Made by a program: the position numbers and the translations under genes
Notes under the pieces: model-generated
The model's database searches: none
The model's input: the letters and a program-made list of their open reading frames with translations, nothing else
Told to the model about the DNA's origin: nothing
Shown: positions 21,401-27,927 of the stretch, piece after piece
Position numbering within the stretch: the first letter of the stretch is position 1
Layout: every line of letters begins with the position of its first letter
From: an uncultured Pirellulaceae bacterium
GTDB lineage: Bacteria; Planctomycetota; Planctomycetia; Pirellulales; Pirellulaceae
DNA: 64,000 bases
Direction: 5' to 3'
Assembly: GCA_937928215.1 (NCBI GenBank)
Contig: CALFWL010000020.1
Span: forward strand, 50,518 to 114,517

Positions 21401-23392
21401 CAAAATGTACTCAAGCGTGTCGCCCGGAGTCGCTCCAGCCGCACCCGTGTTATTGACGATGTTAACGGTTTTTTGGATCGCGATCGATTTGTCGTCAAGA
21501 ATATGCTCGGGCCCCGAACTCGGATCGGCAACCGCGTTGTTTGTGCCTCCTGAATCACGTCCGTCAACGGGAATCCAATCCCCGACAGCGCGTGCATTGT
21601 TTAGGCTGCGCGAGTCCGGTGCCGAGGTCGTATCGTCTTCGCCGCTGACAGGAATGACTCGATCGCCATTCGCGTCGACTTCCGCGACATAGAATGAAAA
21701 CGTGACTGAGACATCTGCATTGGCCGTCGTACCAGTCACTGCTGCATCGGGGGTGATGACCAAGTCGAGATTATTCCCTGGAAACGACAACGCGCTTAAA
21801 TTGTCGGAGTAATCCGTTGTTACAGCACCGTTGATTCGCACTTCATCGATCGATGTAACCACCACGTTGTTGGGGAGACTGTCGATGATATCGAGGTTGC
21901 TGATCGTTTGTCCGGTAGCAATGTCAACGTCAATTCGGTATTGCCGTTGATGATTCGGTCCGGTCGCCGTTTCGCTTTCTGGACCAAGATAGATTTTTTC
22001 AAGCGTCAGCAATGTCGGCGTGATTGTCAGCTGCTTGACCCAGCTGTTTGCTGGATTGGAAGCATCGGAAACATCCGTTCCCGGGTCGCTTACGACAGTC
22101 GGATCTGGTGCTGTTGGGTTGTTCAATGGATCACTGCCGAAACGGAATCCCGATCGCGACTGGATGATCAGATCGGTCCCAAGATCAGCTAGGCTATTGG
22201 TCGTCGCCGTGACCACGATGTCAGCTTGGGGTTGATCGGGAGCGAACGATCCAAATGGCAATTCCAAGACAACCAGTTTATCGCCTGCTGTTCCTGTGAT
22301 TTGGAACGGATTCCCCGACGAATCAACAGCAAAGGGGTGATCAATCGTTCCTGTCGTGCCGACACCTGCACCGTCATCATCGGGAAACACGAGCTCGATC
22401 GAGTTGAGCGATTGCCCAAGATAGGTTGCGCCTACGAAGTCAATGCCATCAACCGTGTCGGTACCGGCAGCACCATCGGCGCCGTTGACCGGGAAAATCA
22501 GATCGATGTACGGTCCATAGCCAACGTCTGTCCCCGTGTTGTCGAAGGTGATCGTGAAATCAAAATCTTCACCCAATTGAACCTGTTGGCTTGGGGTCTC
22601 AAATTCAACGTCTGGGCCAACGGCGAGAACCCCGTTGTAGCTGACTTGCAGGTGCTGTGAGAAAACAACACTCGATTCGAGAGTTCCGTTCGTGTACTCG
22701 AGATCCCAGTCACCGCCTCGGTGCGAGACTCCGGTGTCATCATCACTTGCGGCGACATCCGTGCCTGTAAGTTCGGCCAACGAGTCAACCAGTTCGCGAC
22801 CTTCAGCGGTTTCTGCCAGATCGCAACCGTAAAGCAACAGGTCACCAGTTGAATTGAGTGCTTCACCCCATCTCGCAATGAGTCCCGCATTGGCACTCAA
22901 GTTTTCTGATGTAACCCACGTATTCCCGAGTCGAAATGCCGCGTCGTCGCCATGGGTAACAAGGTGTAGCGCGTCCAAATCACGATACTGTGAAAGAACT
23001 TCAGAGACTTGCTCAACACCATCCGAATCAGCATCAAGGAGAACGACCTCGATGTTCCGGTGCTCGTCTTCATTATTCATCAAGTCGTCAACAAGTTGTT
23101 GAAAATTGTCGACGCTTGTATCCACAATTACCAGTTCATGACGCACCTGTGAGTCCGACATCGAACTTGAAGACTGCTCAGTCGAAGTTGCTTCTTCCTC
23201 GTGATACGTTGCCACATCCTGTTCGTAGCTTTGAAACGCAGCATTCAGGTTTGCGTCCCCCTGACTGCCATCGCCGACGTTCGGATCTGTCCCGGCATCC
23301 ATCACAGCATCGAACAGAATCCGATCTTCCAATTTTCGTAACGTAGCGCTGTTTTTGCGAGCTGCTTTCGTCGTCTTTGGTCTGCGTGGCAT
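9440..23392 (-). CDS. giant (4650 aa) acidic repeat surface/adhesin-like protein: basic N-terminus + LEDRILFDA motif, DUF4347, many DUF11-type repeats, 10 SdrD/Cna-B-like repeats, C-terminal Ig-like region
   Basis: A single uninterrupted ORF. The DUF4347-like region is aa 85-233 (22694-23140): ELVIVDTSV...LHLVTHGD...LLLYGCDLAE...TGTDVAASDDDTG. DUF11-like units recur (for example TYTYNIVVFNDGNDTATGVNVQDFL and TLTYTLNYANTGNQDATGVQIIETVP). SdrD-B-like units occupy aa 2924-4065. The protein is rich in D/T/G/N/V with very few Cys. I saw no classical signal peptide and no GGxGxD RTX nonapeptides. Confidence 0.9.
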   Translation of the reverse strand: MPRRPKTTKAARKNSATLRKLEDRILFDAVMDAGTDPNVGDGSQGDANLNAAFQSYEQDVATYHEEEATSTEQSSSSMSDSQVRHELVIVDTSVDNFQQLVDDLMNNEDEHRNIEVVLLDADSDGVEQVSEVLSQYRDLDALHLVTHGDDAAFRLGNTWVTSENLSANAGLIARWGEALNSTGDLLLYGCDLAETAEGRELVDSLAELTGTDVAASDDDTGVSHRGGDWDLEYTNGTLESSVVFSQHLQVSYNGVLAVGPDVEFETPSQQVQLGEDFDFTITFDNTGTDVGYGPYIDLIFPVNGADGAAGTDTVDGIDFVGATYLGQSLNSIELVFPDDDGAGVGTTGTIDHPFAVDSSGNPFQITGTAGDKLVVLELPFGSFAPDQPQADIVVTATTNSLADLGTDLIIQSRSGFRFGSDPLNNPTAPDPTVVSDPGTDVSDASNPANSWVKQLTITPTLLTLEKIYLGPESETATGPNHQRQYRIDVDIATGQTISNLDIIDSLPNNVVVTSIDEVRINGAVTTDYSDNLSALSFPGNNLDLVITPDAAVTGTTANADVSVTFSFYVAEVDANGDRVIPVSGEDDTTSAPDSRSLNNARAVGDWIPVDGRDSGGTNNAVADPSSGPEHILDDKSIAIQKTVNIVNNTGAAGATPGDTLEYILRFQISDYYTFGDLVIRDVFQDGQSFDFGYGATFDITDMNGNVTGNFTVRQVTDADGGQTLVVDQTQIDNADNTGEDGATPDGSDGSTTLTFDLSKVLTDNSAADGILQGGRTTATNQGGAFGTIRFRTVIQDQFSDSFGSGDRSVDQGDSITNNSLTISGSVRENAEDGDINSTTGVTESDSSSTSVRIQGGSLVKEVYAINGNTTLPNGPSGKVSLTPGDVVTYRIEYTLATSDFENLKLTDFLPLPIFDVQDHNADGVIDASDNWTFNVGSSFDATAPASGVIEFGAGDTFYNSNATDSSIIPTISVNPGGNALELDYGSYDDPSSSLNTIELYVSVTAQNSPTADGLFLTNIVRAEEGTTNSTPTVIDRIVQIEVTQPELSITKGIVSTDSTTAEFDNTALGPAGITFGTAGTADPLFSGGNITSDGLALQRIDSNITNGIDAGDRIRYAIVLENTGNSTRGAYDVQISDALPDGFSLVSGSVQVVDGTGAALTYSGAEADLFTTGIELNDPGATPDTGDGTNAGAVDGYNATSGRNVVIIFYDVTADSDVAATQTYTNTASLTNYAGQEGGDNHAATPLTDEAFAVAAGFTATKTVVSTSESHTGVESSVERVTIGEIVRYRIQVALPEGTLTDFQIRDLMPTGLTFIDDGTSLVTFVSDNSAITSSTLVGAGYYTAGNETNVASISPTDAFGDGDVSRNANNDSDNYTTSGRDVYFKLGDVVNTDNDANTEYVIVEFNALVDNTVSGGNDGGTAGSPDGGDNRDNSLRLYYDANNNGSVNTSDEQFYSLPSGDRPRIRITEPHIENIDKTANVSGGDAGDVVTYTISFDVADGDGRSNAFDIRVLDSLPSELSNLSLTEIRVGAATLGSGFTDNTAGDVLDLVIDQVAKGTTVEVDFTATIQSGISPGDVITNEVDITWSSLPGEYGTADGSGGNSTGSDLQSLDGTNTGGMTYETGSGSAYGERNGNDAGNNDYLGDDSHSITIDLTPAVTKTLDSTSINSAGNGTNDAVIGEIVTYTVTLNLNEVTMDNARLVDTLDAGLAFVDVTNVTTTGGVSFTGDGNNPDSVTSNGRVITWELGTISDATSDDGNDGVAGDSDGTIEITYRAIVTNANTNQSAQTLDNSVRFTWDDDPGTAPNPRENITATADNRVNVVEPEITIVKNAAVDTDGDGFDDGTTADAGDDIRYTIQLTNTSGVDAFDLGFVDNLPMFGGSSTILSPSFTVVDTAGIVTAANFTLSGSNVAGWTLQSTGNIDFAATPGRVITLEIDGTLAPDVQPEQVIANNASVTWHSIDGDIAVGDQSAHTTDDTERTGADGSTGNPNNYASTDSANITVLAPTILKQIVSTGINNGSTNTDAHATIGEFITYSITIDVPEVGIPTVEIIDQLDAGLEFVRLDNVVASAALSTDAASDDFATTATFNPTVTGDGSSATPYGLTFDLGTISNSDNDNSVIEQITLTYTVRVMNSVDADGNGSSAGDSLNNTARMQWNSGVNQTAGESVAIEVVEADLNVDKQLTSSTTGDAGDTVTYEITISHTANSDTDAFDVTFSDALPDEITFGSFQATLSTAGDLDTLLEYDSGTNTVRTIAGQSFDLDFGEDVVITITGTLATAETEPGEIISNTANVQWTSLDNANADDGDDANERGGSGVGENDYSDSSTNTALAISEPTVAKTLIGTSVDNVNNGASQAVVGETATYQVVLTLTEGTYASLQLIDTLSSGYEFISIDNIVAESDGAATTDITTSRGTGDFSDLTTFNPTTGGGDHIFDLGTVTNANTNNGDVDTLTITYTVRVTNTVGNNGNGSGTGTSLDNEAQLSWTADGSTETSNTSSAATVEVIEPDLTILKAVNNDTPNLGETVTYTLTINHSAASDTDAYDLVISDTLPEDLTLNTGTISVTLGGSVLTVVDDYAIVTGSNGFRISGLDLLDSGEALVITYDADVTTDIADIGNSYNNTGNLTWTSLDGASGNERDGDGGNAGEDDYADSSLESLTIIQPDLRITKENGVAAVVPGSTYTYNIVVFNDGNDTATGVNVQDFLDGSIFDLSSVTTDDASNVTYDSGTGELNWDAGSINATTSKTLQVTVSVRNSLAAGINDVTNSASATHDDIDPTNNNTGSDTDTVNANPVLTLTKSDGQANADLDDTLTYTLNYANTGNQDATGVQIIETVPSGTTFAGTADWTDIGGGRFRFDIGNLAAGASGSVTFQVTVNDPQPIGQHTISNSATIDDDNTNGGTAGIDATATDDTDVPSSIAGRVYNDFDNDGSFDAVDGEHGIESVRIELYDTSSGSPVFVGFTNTAADGTYSFSGLLGDQYEIRQTQPTDYNDGLESDGSEGNGSTVTNDRITSIELNAGVDATNYNFGERGVSIEGTVFVDNDRDGSQQTGETTGIDGVTVELYDSTGTTLIATTTTRPDGSYSFDNLPAGDYILRQTHPTLYTSTSPDQIAATVPLAGLTDQDFGEALSDLGNFVWFDANNDGLQTGEEGLADVDVTLTYGGADNDLSTIGDNVVYHTTTDANGFYSFTELFNGNYTVEIDAADLPSGVTGTTETDDSSAAIDGTSNITIGGSDRFDVDFGFTGGGSIGDFVFLDVDGDGVQDAEDVGLANVTVNVVFAGADGVIGNDDDLSFTTVTDSDGRYSVDNLPGGNFEVSVDTTDTDLLGSVVGVSGTESNSGTVSVTLADNETNDDVDFGFAGTLSLGDRLWFDGNGDGVQDVLNEPGLAEVEVTLNFAGQDGIFNNADDITLTDTTDANGNYQFDNLADGEYRITYNSLDLPQGMSPTHEIDDSAAAVDGTSNITLNGSNRDDVDFGFRGAGSIGNFVWHDVDGDGVQDSGEPGLAGITVDLQFAGDDGVFDTSDDFRLTTETDANGSYGFANLADGNYRVNVDAADAELPGNMTGVAGAESISGTANVTLDATNGRNQDDIDFGFAGTQSVGDFVWFDADGDGNQDVGEPGLGDVAVTLTYAGQDGAFGTTDDVMLNTTTDASGGYNFGLLADGNYRVAVDVNDLPTGLTQTTETNDGASTLVHTAEFSVGGSDRDDIDFGYTGALTIGDTIYYDADGSGGQNGGEPGIAGVDVTLGFAGEDGVFGTDDDFQLTTTTDGAGSYRFEHLPEGDFELTVDTSSLPDGMTTITEEFDDTGVTNDGTATVTLSATGGNNDDVDFGFMGTGSIGDTVFWDQDADGFEDANEIGLAGLTVELDIDYDSDGNIDHTLSTLTDVNGEYIFDNLPAGRYTVRVTQPAGTTQTYDDDGLGTPNASTYDLASGQDVDDKDFGYRGNSSIGDTIFFDYSGNGGAFDPSDNDRGIAGVDVTLEIDVDGDGTIDVTRVQTTDGDGNYNFANLIAGNYTVNVDSNDLPDAMGLNPTFDIDGTTDNTTRVTLGLNETNDDTDFGYHATPDYVITKDDGLSNVVPGQTIDYTITLTNNGTFRGQNVVVTDTFPTDILENVSATVNGISGGAIDMSAGTITWNLSSVGMGETVTIVVMADVINPLNSGIAGLTNVVTVADDAFNGVDPNTTNNSDDDVNTVTAQPDYQIVKTNDLTQAAVPGQTFNYFLQVTNNGNQGGTGVMVSDTLPINVLDGFSVVTDDAANVVYDPTTGNLVWDAGSIAGGGGTKTLTVTVTVQEPVGQLVGSFDNSASVTDDGNNGTDPDLTDNTSVNTVGLNATPDYQIEKTSNLTETAMVGDSFEYTITVTNIGDQNGTGVTVTDMIPTSVVDRNQVTTDDPSNVNYDASTGELIWDVGSLDGRGGSATLTIFVTIPFVIEDPLADVIINTATVTDDGLNGPDLDPSNNSSTREDDVLVFAFDSFNNFANPFGGDRSGLFGDDDRTEDRTLKPIPVDPIFSGLAEPGTTLNLRIYDQAGNVIGERQVVADAGGNWVANFPNAVIWKHPHRMDVEQTAPIQSDVNRHDGFNMRRYFHPATHSSLFFSERDTVQSIERNSAYETINSMHEANNNPLQVGWKNHLYQLNVSSTNASAR
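11198..14623 (-). repeat. intragenic tandem array of 10 diverged ~105-120-aa SdrD B-like / Cna-B-type repeats inside the giant gene
   Basis: The protein-level period reads (I/L)GDxV(W/F)xDxDGDGxQDxGEPG(L/I)xxVxVxL......TTTDxxGxYxFxxLxxGxYxVxV.......DxDFG(F/Y), counted 10 times. I located the boundaries by back-translating IAGRVYNDFDNDG (14623) and DDTDFGY (11198). Confidence 0.85.
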
Positions 23393-23641
23393 GATGAGAA
23401 TTTCGGTAAGGCAGGAGAGAGAAAAGTTAGCGCGTGAATTCGCCTTTGCTGGAAGATTCGAACGCTCTGCAAGAGCTTACATCTCAGGGTAAGGGGGGCG
23501 GTGTAATAAACTTACACGCTGAATCCTATTGCAATGACTATGCCAGTCATCCCGTCTATCGAGGTGGCAGTTCCATGAGCGGCGCTCAAAGATAAAGCAA
23601 CCGAGACAAGAATTTGAGAATCATGGAGAAGGGCCGCGGAA

Positions 23642-25348
23642 TCAGCGACGCACAGAACGAATTTTGGCTTTGCGAGTCGTCGGAGCGGACAGACTGGTGC
23701 TCAAGTTAAGCAATGCTTCGACTTCCCGGATGACGGCCTCCGGTTGGTCGTCGACGGATTCGAATGGCACTTCGTCGGTCGTTGCTGCGGGTTCGACGGC
23801 CTGCGACACGTCCATCGCGTCACGCTCGTCATACCGAACCACTCGGTTTCGCCCGTTGTTCTTGGCGGTATAAAGAGCCTGGTCGGCTTGGTCAAGCAGA
23901 TGTTGCGCATCCATTGGTCTCAGTTCACGCGATGAAACGCCCATGCTGGCCGTGATTTTCAAACCGCTGATCTCGTTGGAGCAAACTGCTTGTCGAACCT
24001 TTTCAGCCAGACGAGAGGCTGGACCGGTCGTCGCGTGAGGCAGCATGATCACGAACTCCTCGCCCCCCATGCGTGCCACTGTTCCGTCATGGCCGACAAA
24101 ATCTCGCAACAGTCGCCCGAAATCTCTGAGAACTTCGTCTCCCTTACCGTGACCGTGAGTGTCATTGACGTTCTTGAAGTGATCGATGTCCACCATGATG
24201 ATGGCCAACCTAGCAGTCGATTCGTCTGACCACGCTTTCTCAAGTCGCTTAAAGAACTCGCGCCGGTTCAGGCATTCGGTCAGTTGGTCGTATGATGCAA
24301 GGAAATTCAGCTTGACGTTCTGGCGTTCAACTTCGTCCCGCGATTGACGCAGTGTGGAGATCATCTGCGACAACTCGTGTTTCTTGTTTTCCATCGCCGT
24401 AACGTCTTCGAAGCTAACCAGCACGCCTCGGCATTCGTTCTGGTTCGAAACGATGGGAGTCGCGTTGACAATGAATTTTCGCGTTGGTTGATCGGTGAGC
24501 GTCAAGTTGACCACAACGCCACAAACGGGTCGTCGCTCTTTGAGAGCCTGGCTCCATGGCAGTTCACGAGTTCCGAAATCAGACGATTGAGTCCAGACGT
24601 AATCGTCGATCGCTGTTCCAAGTAACGAGTGAGGTTCACGATCAAGAATCTGCCCGAACGCCTCATTGGCGTGTCCAATCTCGTTATTCATGTCAAGCAA
24701 GACCACGCCTTCTGCCATCGTGTCGAGCGCTGATCGTACCCGGTCGGGCACGACTTGGCTCGGGTCGAGATACTTGAACGACCGTTCAAAAATCGGCCAC
24801 GCCACAAGCGAAACAAACGCACCGATAAACGTCGCAAGCGGGACGGGGAATCCGAAAAACATACTCCAGATGTTGGTTATTTCTGGTTTGAACGCCAACT
24901 CGATCGAACCGTAGTATCTGCCGTTGGCAAGTAACTCAGCCGATACCTGGTTAGGTTCGAGAGCTTGCTTGGTGCGTTCCTGTTCGATGCCAGTCGCCGT
25001 TCGGTTGCTGCGACTGGTTTCAGAGGAATATGAAACCGGCACCTTCCAGTTTGCCTCATGCGGACCCGCACTTAGCAGGGTTCCTCGAGCTGTGCGAACT
25101 CCAATCGAAACAAGGGTCGGTTCTGACGCAACGAATTGCTCCATCGCTAGCTGCAATTGATTGTCACGCTTGGAATTGATTAACGAACTTGCAACGACGG
25201 ACACGTACCTAGCGACCGTGACGCGATGCTGAGCTTGGTAGCCGGCGGGGCTTTGCAACAGGCCCAAAGACAGCGCAACCCAGATCGCTGCGGAGGCGAT
25301 TAGGCCTACACAAATCGCAAGGCGAATGGCTGTTTTGAGTTGATGCAT
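23642..25348 (-). CDS. membrane-anchored PAS-GGDEF diguanylate cyclase
   Basis: Two hydrophobic spans (AIRLAICVGLIASAAIWVALSLGLL and FFGFPVPLATFIGAFVSLVAWPIF) flank a putative periplasmic loop. PAS segment DTMAEGVVLLDMNNEIGHANEAF. GGDEF domain with DIDHFKNVNDTHGHGKGDEVL and active-site MGGEEF. No RxxD I-site lies 5 residues upstream (VGHD instead). Confidence 0.9.
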   Translation of the reverse strand: MHQLKTAIRLAICVGLIASAAIWVALSLGLLQSPAGYQAQHRVTVARYVSVVASSLINSKRDNQLQLAMEQFVASEPTLVSIGVRTARGTLLSAGPHEANWKVPVSYSSETSRSNRTATGIEQERTKQALEPNQVSAELLANGRYYGSIELAFKPEITNIWSMFFGFPVPLATFIGAFVSLVAWPIFERSFKYLDPSQVVPDRVRSALDTMAEGVVLLDMNNEIGHANEAFGQILDREPHSLLGTAIDDYVWTQSSDFGTRELPWSQALKERRPVCGVVVNLTLTDQPTRKFIVNATPIVSNQNECRGVLVSFEDVTAMENKKHELSQMISTLRQSRDEVERQNVKLNFLASYDQLTECLNRREFFKRLEKAWSDESTARLAIIMVDIDHFKNVNDTHGHGKGDEVLRDFGRLLRDFVGHDGTVARMGGEEFVIMLPHATTGPASRLAEKVRQAVCSNEISGLKITASMGVSSRELRPMDAQHLLDQADQALYTAKNNGRNRVVRYDERDAMDVSQAVEPAATTDEVPFESVDDQPEAVIREVEALLNLSTSLSAPTTRKAKIRSVRR

Positions 25349-25646
25349 GGGTCAGATTTGCAGCGTATTGGGCGAAAGGCTGCTGCCTAGTTCGAAAAGT
25401 TGATGGCGGTCCGCTGCTAGCGACCAATGCTTCCATTCTGTCACCACGGTCGCCTATTCCACCGAAAAGTAGCTTACGCGGCGCGTTGTGAAAGTAAGTA
25501 ACCGGATGATTTTGTGGCAAAGACTGCGGGTTGTAGGGTTTGGATTCTTTGCCTCAACGGATTTCATCTCGGTTTCATGCGAAGCGGCTGTGATTCGACT
25601 GTGCGAACGGCGATGAAGGTAATGAGAGTTTGTACCCGTTCTGCCG

Positions 25647-27878
25647 GTGAGGCCTGTTGTGTCAGTTGATCTTGAAATTCAATTCAAGCCGATCCTGCGC
25701 GTCATCTTGATGATGACGACGTTGATCCCTATCGCAATCGGCGCGGATTCGAAAGTTCAGGCTCAGAATGCGATTGGGCGTTATCCCTTGAATGTGGATG
25801 CGGATCCGCCAGAGTCTCATCTTGGTAACGCCCACTCACCAACGACAGGGGCGACAGAAACAACGGTTGCAGCTGAAAAATCCAACGCGACAGGCACCCA
25901 AAGCCTCAAGCACCAAGACGCGATGGAAGCGACTCGGGCGAGGTTCGCAAACCAATTCGAACAGGCCTACGCTCGCGTTGCGTCGTTGCAAACGGTTGTG
26001 CTTGACTCGCAAGGACGTTCGCGTTCCACGGGTGTCGATGAGAGGTCGATCGTCGATTTTGAGACAAAGCGGGACGAAAGTGGGCGAGCCAAAGCGCAAT
26101 CCCCGCGACCTGCTGAAAGAGGTCATCGAGTTGGCCACGTCTATCCGTTGGTGACTCCGCTCCCTGAGCTGGAAGACGTGACTGGCCGTTTTCCACGAGT
26201 CGCCAGCAAGCCGGCAGATCTGAATCTGGCTGGTTCGAATGATTTTCTTGTGTCTCCTCTTCCTGCGTTGACGGGCGATCGGATGGAAGAACAAGACACC
26301 ATGGAATCAGGTGCTGCAAACAGCTCGCAATTGAATTGGTGGAACCAATTGGTCAATCAACCACTCCATCCCGGCAACGAAGTCCAAGCCGTCGATTCGA
26401 ACCTGCTGGTTTACATCGCGTTGCAGAACTCACCTCGAATTCAAGCGCTCAGCCGCGACCCGTTGATTCGCGATTTTGAAGTCATCGAAGCGGATGCAGC
26501 GTTCGACCCGGTCAGTTTTCTGCAAACGCAATTTGCCGATCGTTCGGATCCGTTAGGTGGAGCCCTTGACGCGACTCGCGATGGATCGGACACCATTGAA
26601 AATCATCGCTGGACTTCCGAAGGCGGCCTGCGCAAACGTGCTCGAACAGGAGCCACCTACGAACTGTCCCAGCGGCTCGGTTTCGAAAACAGCAACGTTG
26701 CGGTGTTCGATCCAAACAATCAAGGCACGGCCCAAATCGCGCTAAATGTGACTCAACCGTTAGCCCGAGGACGCGGAAAGTACATCAATCAGAGCCAGAT
26801 TCTGATTGCTCAGTCGCGCGGCGGAGCGGCCTGGGAATCGTTCTCGGCGGAACTTCAACAAGAAATCGAAGCGGTCGTCTCTGCTTATTGGCGACTTTAT
26901 TTTGATCGCAGCGTCTTTCTTCAGAAGAAGCGTAACGTTGAACGAGTCGCAGAAATTCTGGCAACACTTGAAGGTCGAGCCAACCTAGATTCGCTGCCAA
27001 GTCAGATCACGCGGGCTCGATCGTCACTCCAATCGCGGAAAACAGATCTGGCGAACGCTTTCCGTGACGTGCGAAACTCAGAAACGGAGCTACGTCGCCT
27101 GATCGCAGACCGAAATTGGCAGGCCAATCAGTTCATTGAATTGTTGCCGGTCGAAGCTCCGGTCAACGGGACGGTTGATATTTCTCTGGATCATGTCGTA
27201 ACGACATCATTGGAAAATCGACCTGAAATTCGCGAAACCATGCAGCGAGCAAAACTGGCCGGAATCGAACGTGACATTAGCGTGAATGATTTATTGCCCG
27301 AACTGTCGTTGCTGTTGGGAACCTATGTCAGCACGCTCCAGGATGACGGTCGTGCGGGTCGTGCTTTCGTGGATCAGTTTGGAGAAACCAAACCGGGTTA
27401 TTCCGTCGGCCTGGAGTTTGAATTGCCGCTGGGCAATCGGGCGGCACGCAGTCGATTGGTTCAGCGGAAACTCCAGTTGGCGAAAATCAAGAATCAAGTA
27501 GATGAGATGATGCAAAACGTGATTGCTGGATCTCAGACCGCATTGCGTCGACTCAACTCGGCCGCTGAAACTTTGCAGGCGGCCAATCAAGCGATCGAAG
27601 CAGCCGACAGCGACATGAAACAGAACATCCGCCGCTGGGAGAACTTCGCTCTGGTGGAGGGTGACTTCGCTGACGGCCAGACTCCGACTACGGTGTTGGA
27701 CCAGTTGCTCGATTCACAGGAACGCTTGGCCGCCGCCGAACTGGTCGCTGCTCAGGCCCAGCTACAGCTGAAAGTTGCAGAAGTTGTACTACAGCGAGAG
27801 ATGGGGACGCTGTTGATCCAAAGACAAATCGACCCGCGACGAGCCATCGAGAATGGCACGCCGAAAATCCAGTTTTGA
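25647..27878 (+). CDS. TolC-like outer membrane efflux protein (OEP family), paralog 2, with a ~250-aa N-terminal extension
   Basis: Same subfamily pattern as paralog 1: FDPVSFLQTQFADRSDPLG...GATYELSQRLGFENSNVAVFDPNNQGTAQIALNVTQPLARGRG...YWRLYFDRS, then VGLEFELPLGNRAARSRL. The ORF-track start is GTG 25647. ATG 25710 (MMTTLIPIAIGADSKVQAQ, signal-like) is a plausible true start. Confidence 0.85.
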   Translation: MRPVVSVDLEIQFKPILRVILMMTTLIPIAIGADSKVQAQNAIGRYPLNVDADPPESHLGNAHSPTTGATETTVAAEKSNATGTQSLKHQDAMEATRARFANQFEQAYARVASLQTVVLDSQGRSRSTGVDERSIVDFETKRDESGRAKAQSPRPAERGHRVGHVYPLVTPLPELEDVTGRFPRVASKPADLNLAGSNDFLVSPLPALTGDRMEEQDTMESGAANSSQLNWWNQLVNQPLHPGNEVQAVDSNLLVYIALQNSPRIQALSRDPLIRDFEVIEADAAFDPVSFLQTQFADRSDPLGGALDATRDGSDTIENHRWTSEGGLRKRARTGATYELSQRLGFENSNVAVFDPNNQGTAQIALNVTQPLARGRGKYINQSQILIAQSRGGAAWESFSAELQQEIEAVVSAYWRLYFDRSVFLQKKRNVERVAEILATLEGRANLDSLPSQITRARSSLQSRKTDLANAFRDVRNSETELRRLIADRNWQANQFIELLPVEAPVNGTVDISLDHVVTTSLENRPEIRETMQRAKLAGIERDISVNDLLPELSLLLGTYVSTLQDDGRAGRAFVDQFGETKPGYSVGLEFELPLGNRAARSRLVQRKLQLAKIKNQVDEMMQNVIAGSQTALRRLNSAAETLQAANQAIEAADSDMKQNIRRWENFALVEGDFADGQTPTTVLDQLLDSQERLAAAELVAAQAQLQLKVAEVVLQREMGTLLIQRQIDPRRAIENGTPKIQF

Positions 27879-27927
27879 ACACGATTTTGGCAGCAGGCGA
27901 CTCGAACCCATTGCGTTGTTTCGTCTG

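Noticed and set aside
9825-23346. Dozens of 60-295-aa ORFs on the plus strand, and in alternative minus frames, inside the giant gene (for example 12179-13066, 13867-14343, 18026-18427).
   Set aside because: They lie entirely within one continuous 13.95-kb ORF with clear domain homology. Their translations are low-complexity Arg/Ser/Val-rich mirror images of the D/T/G/N-rich repeat codons. I saw no family motifs or independent start context.
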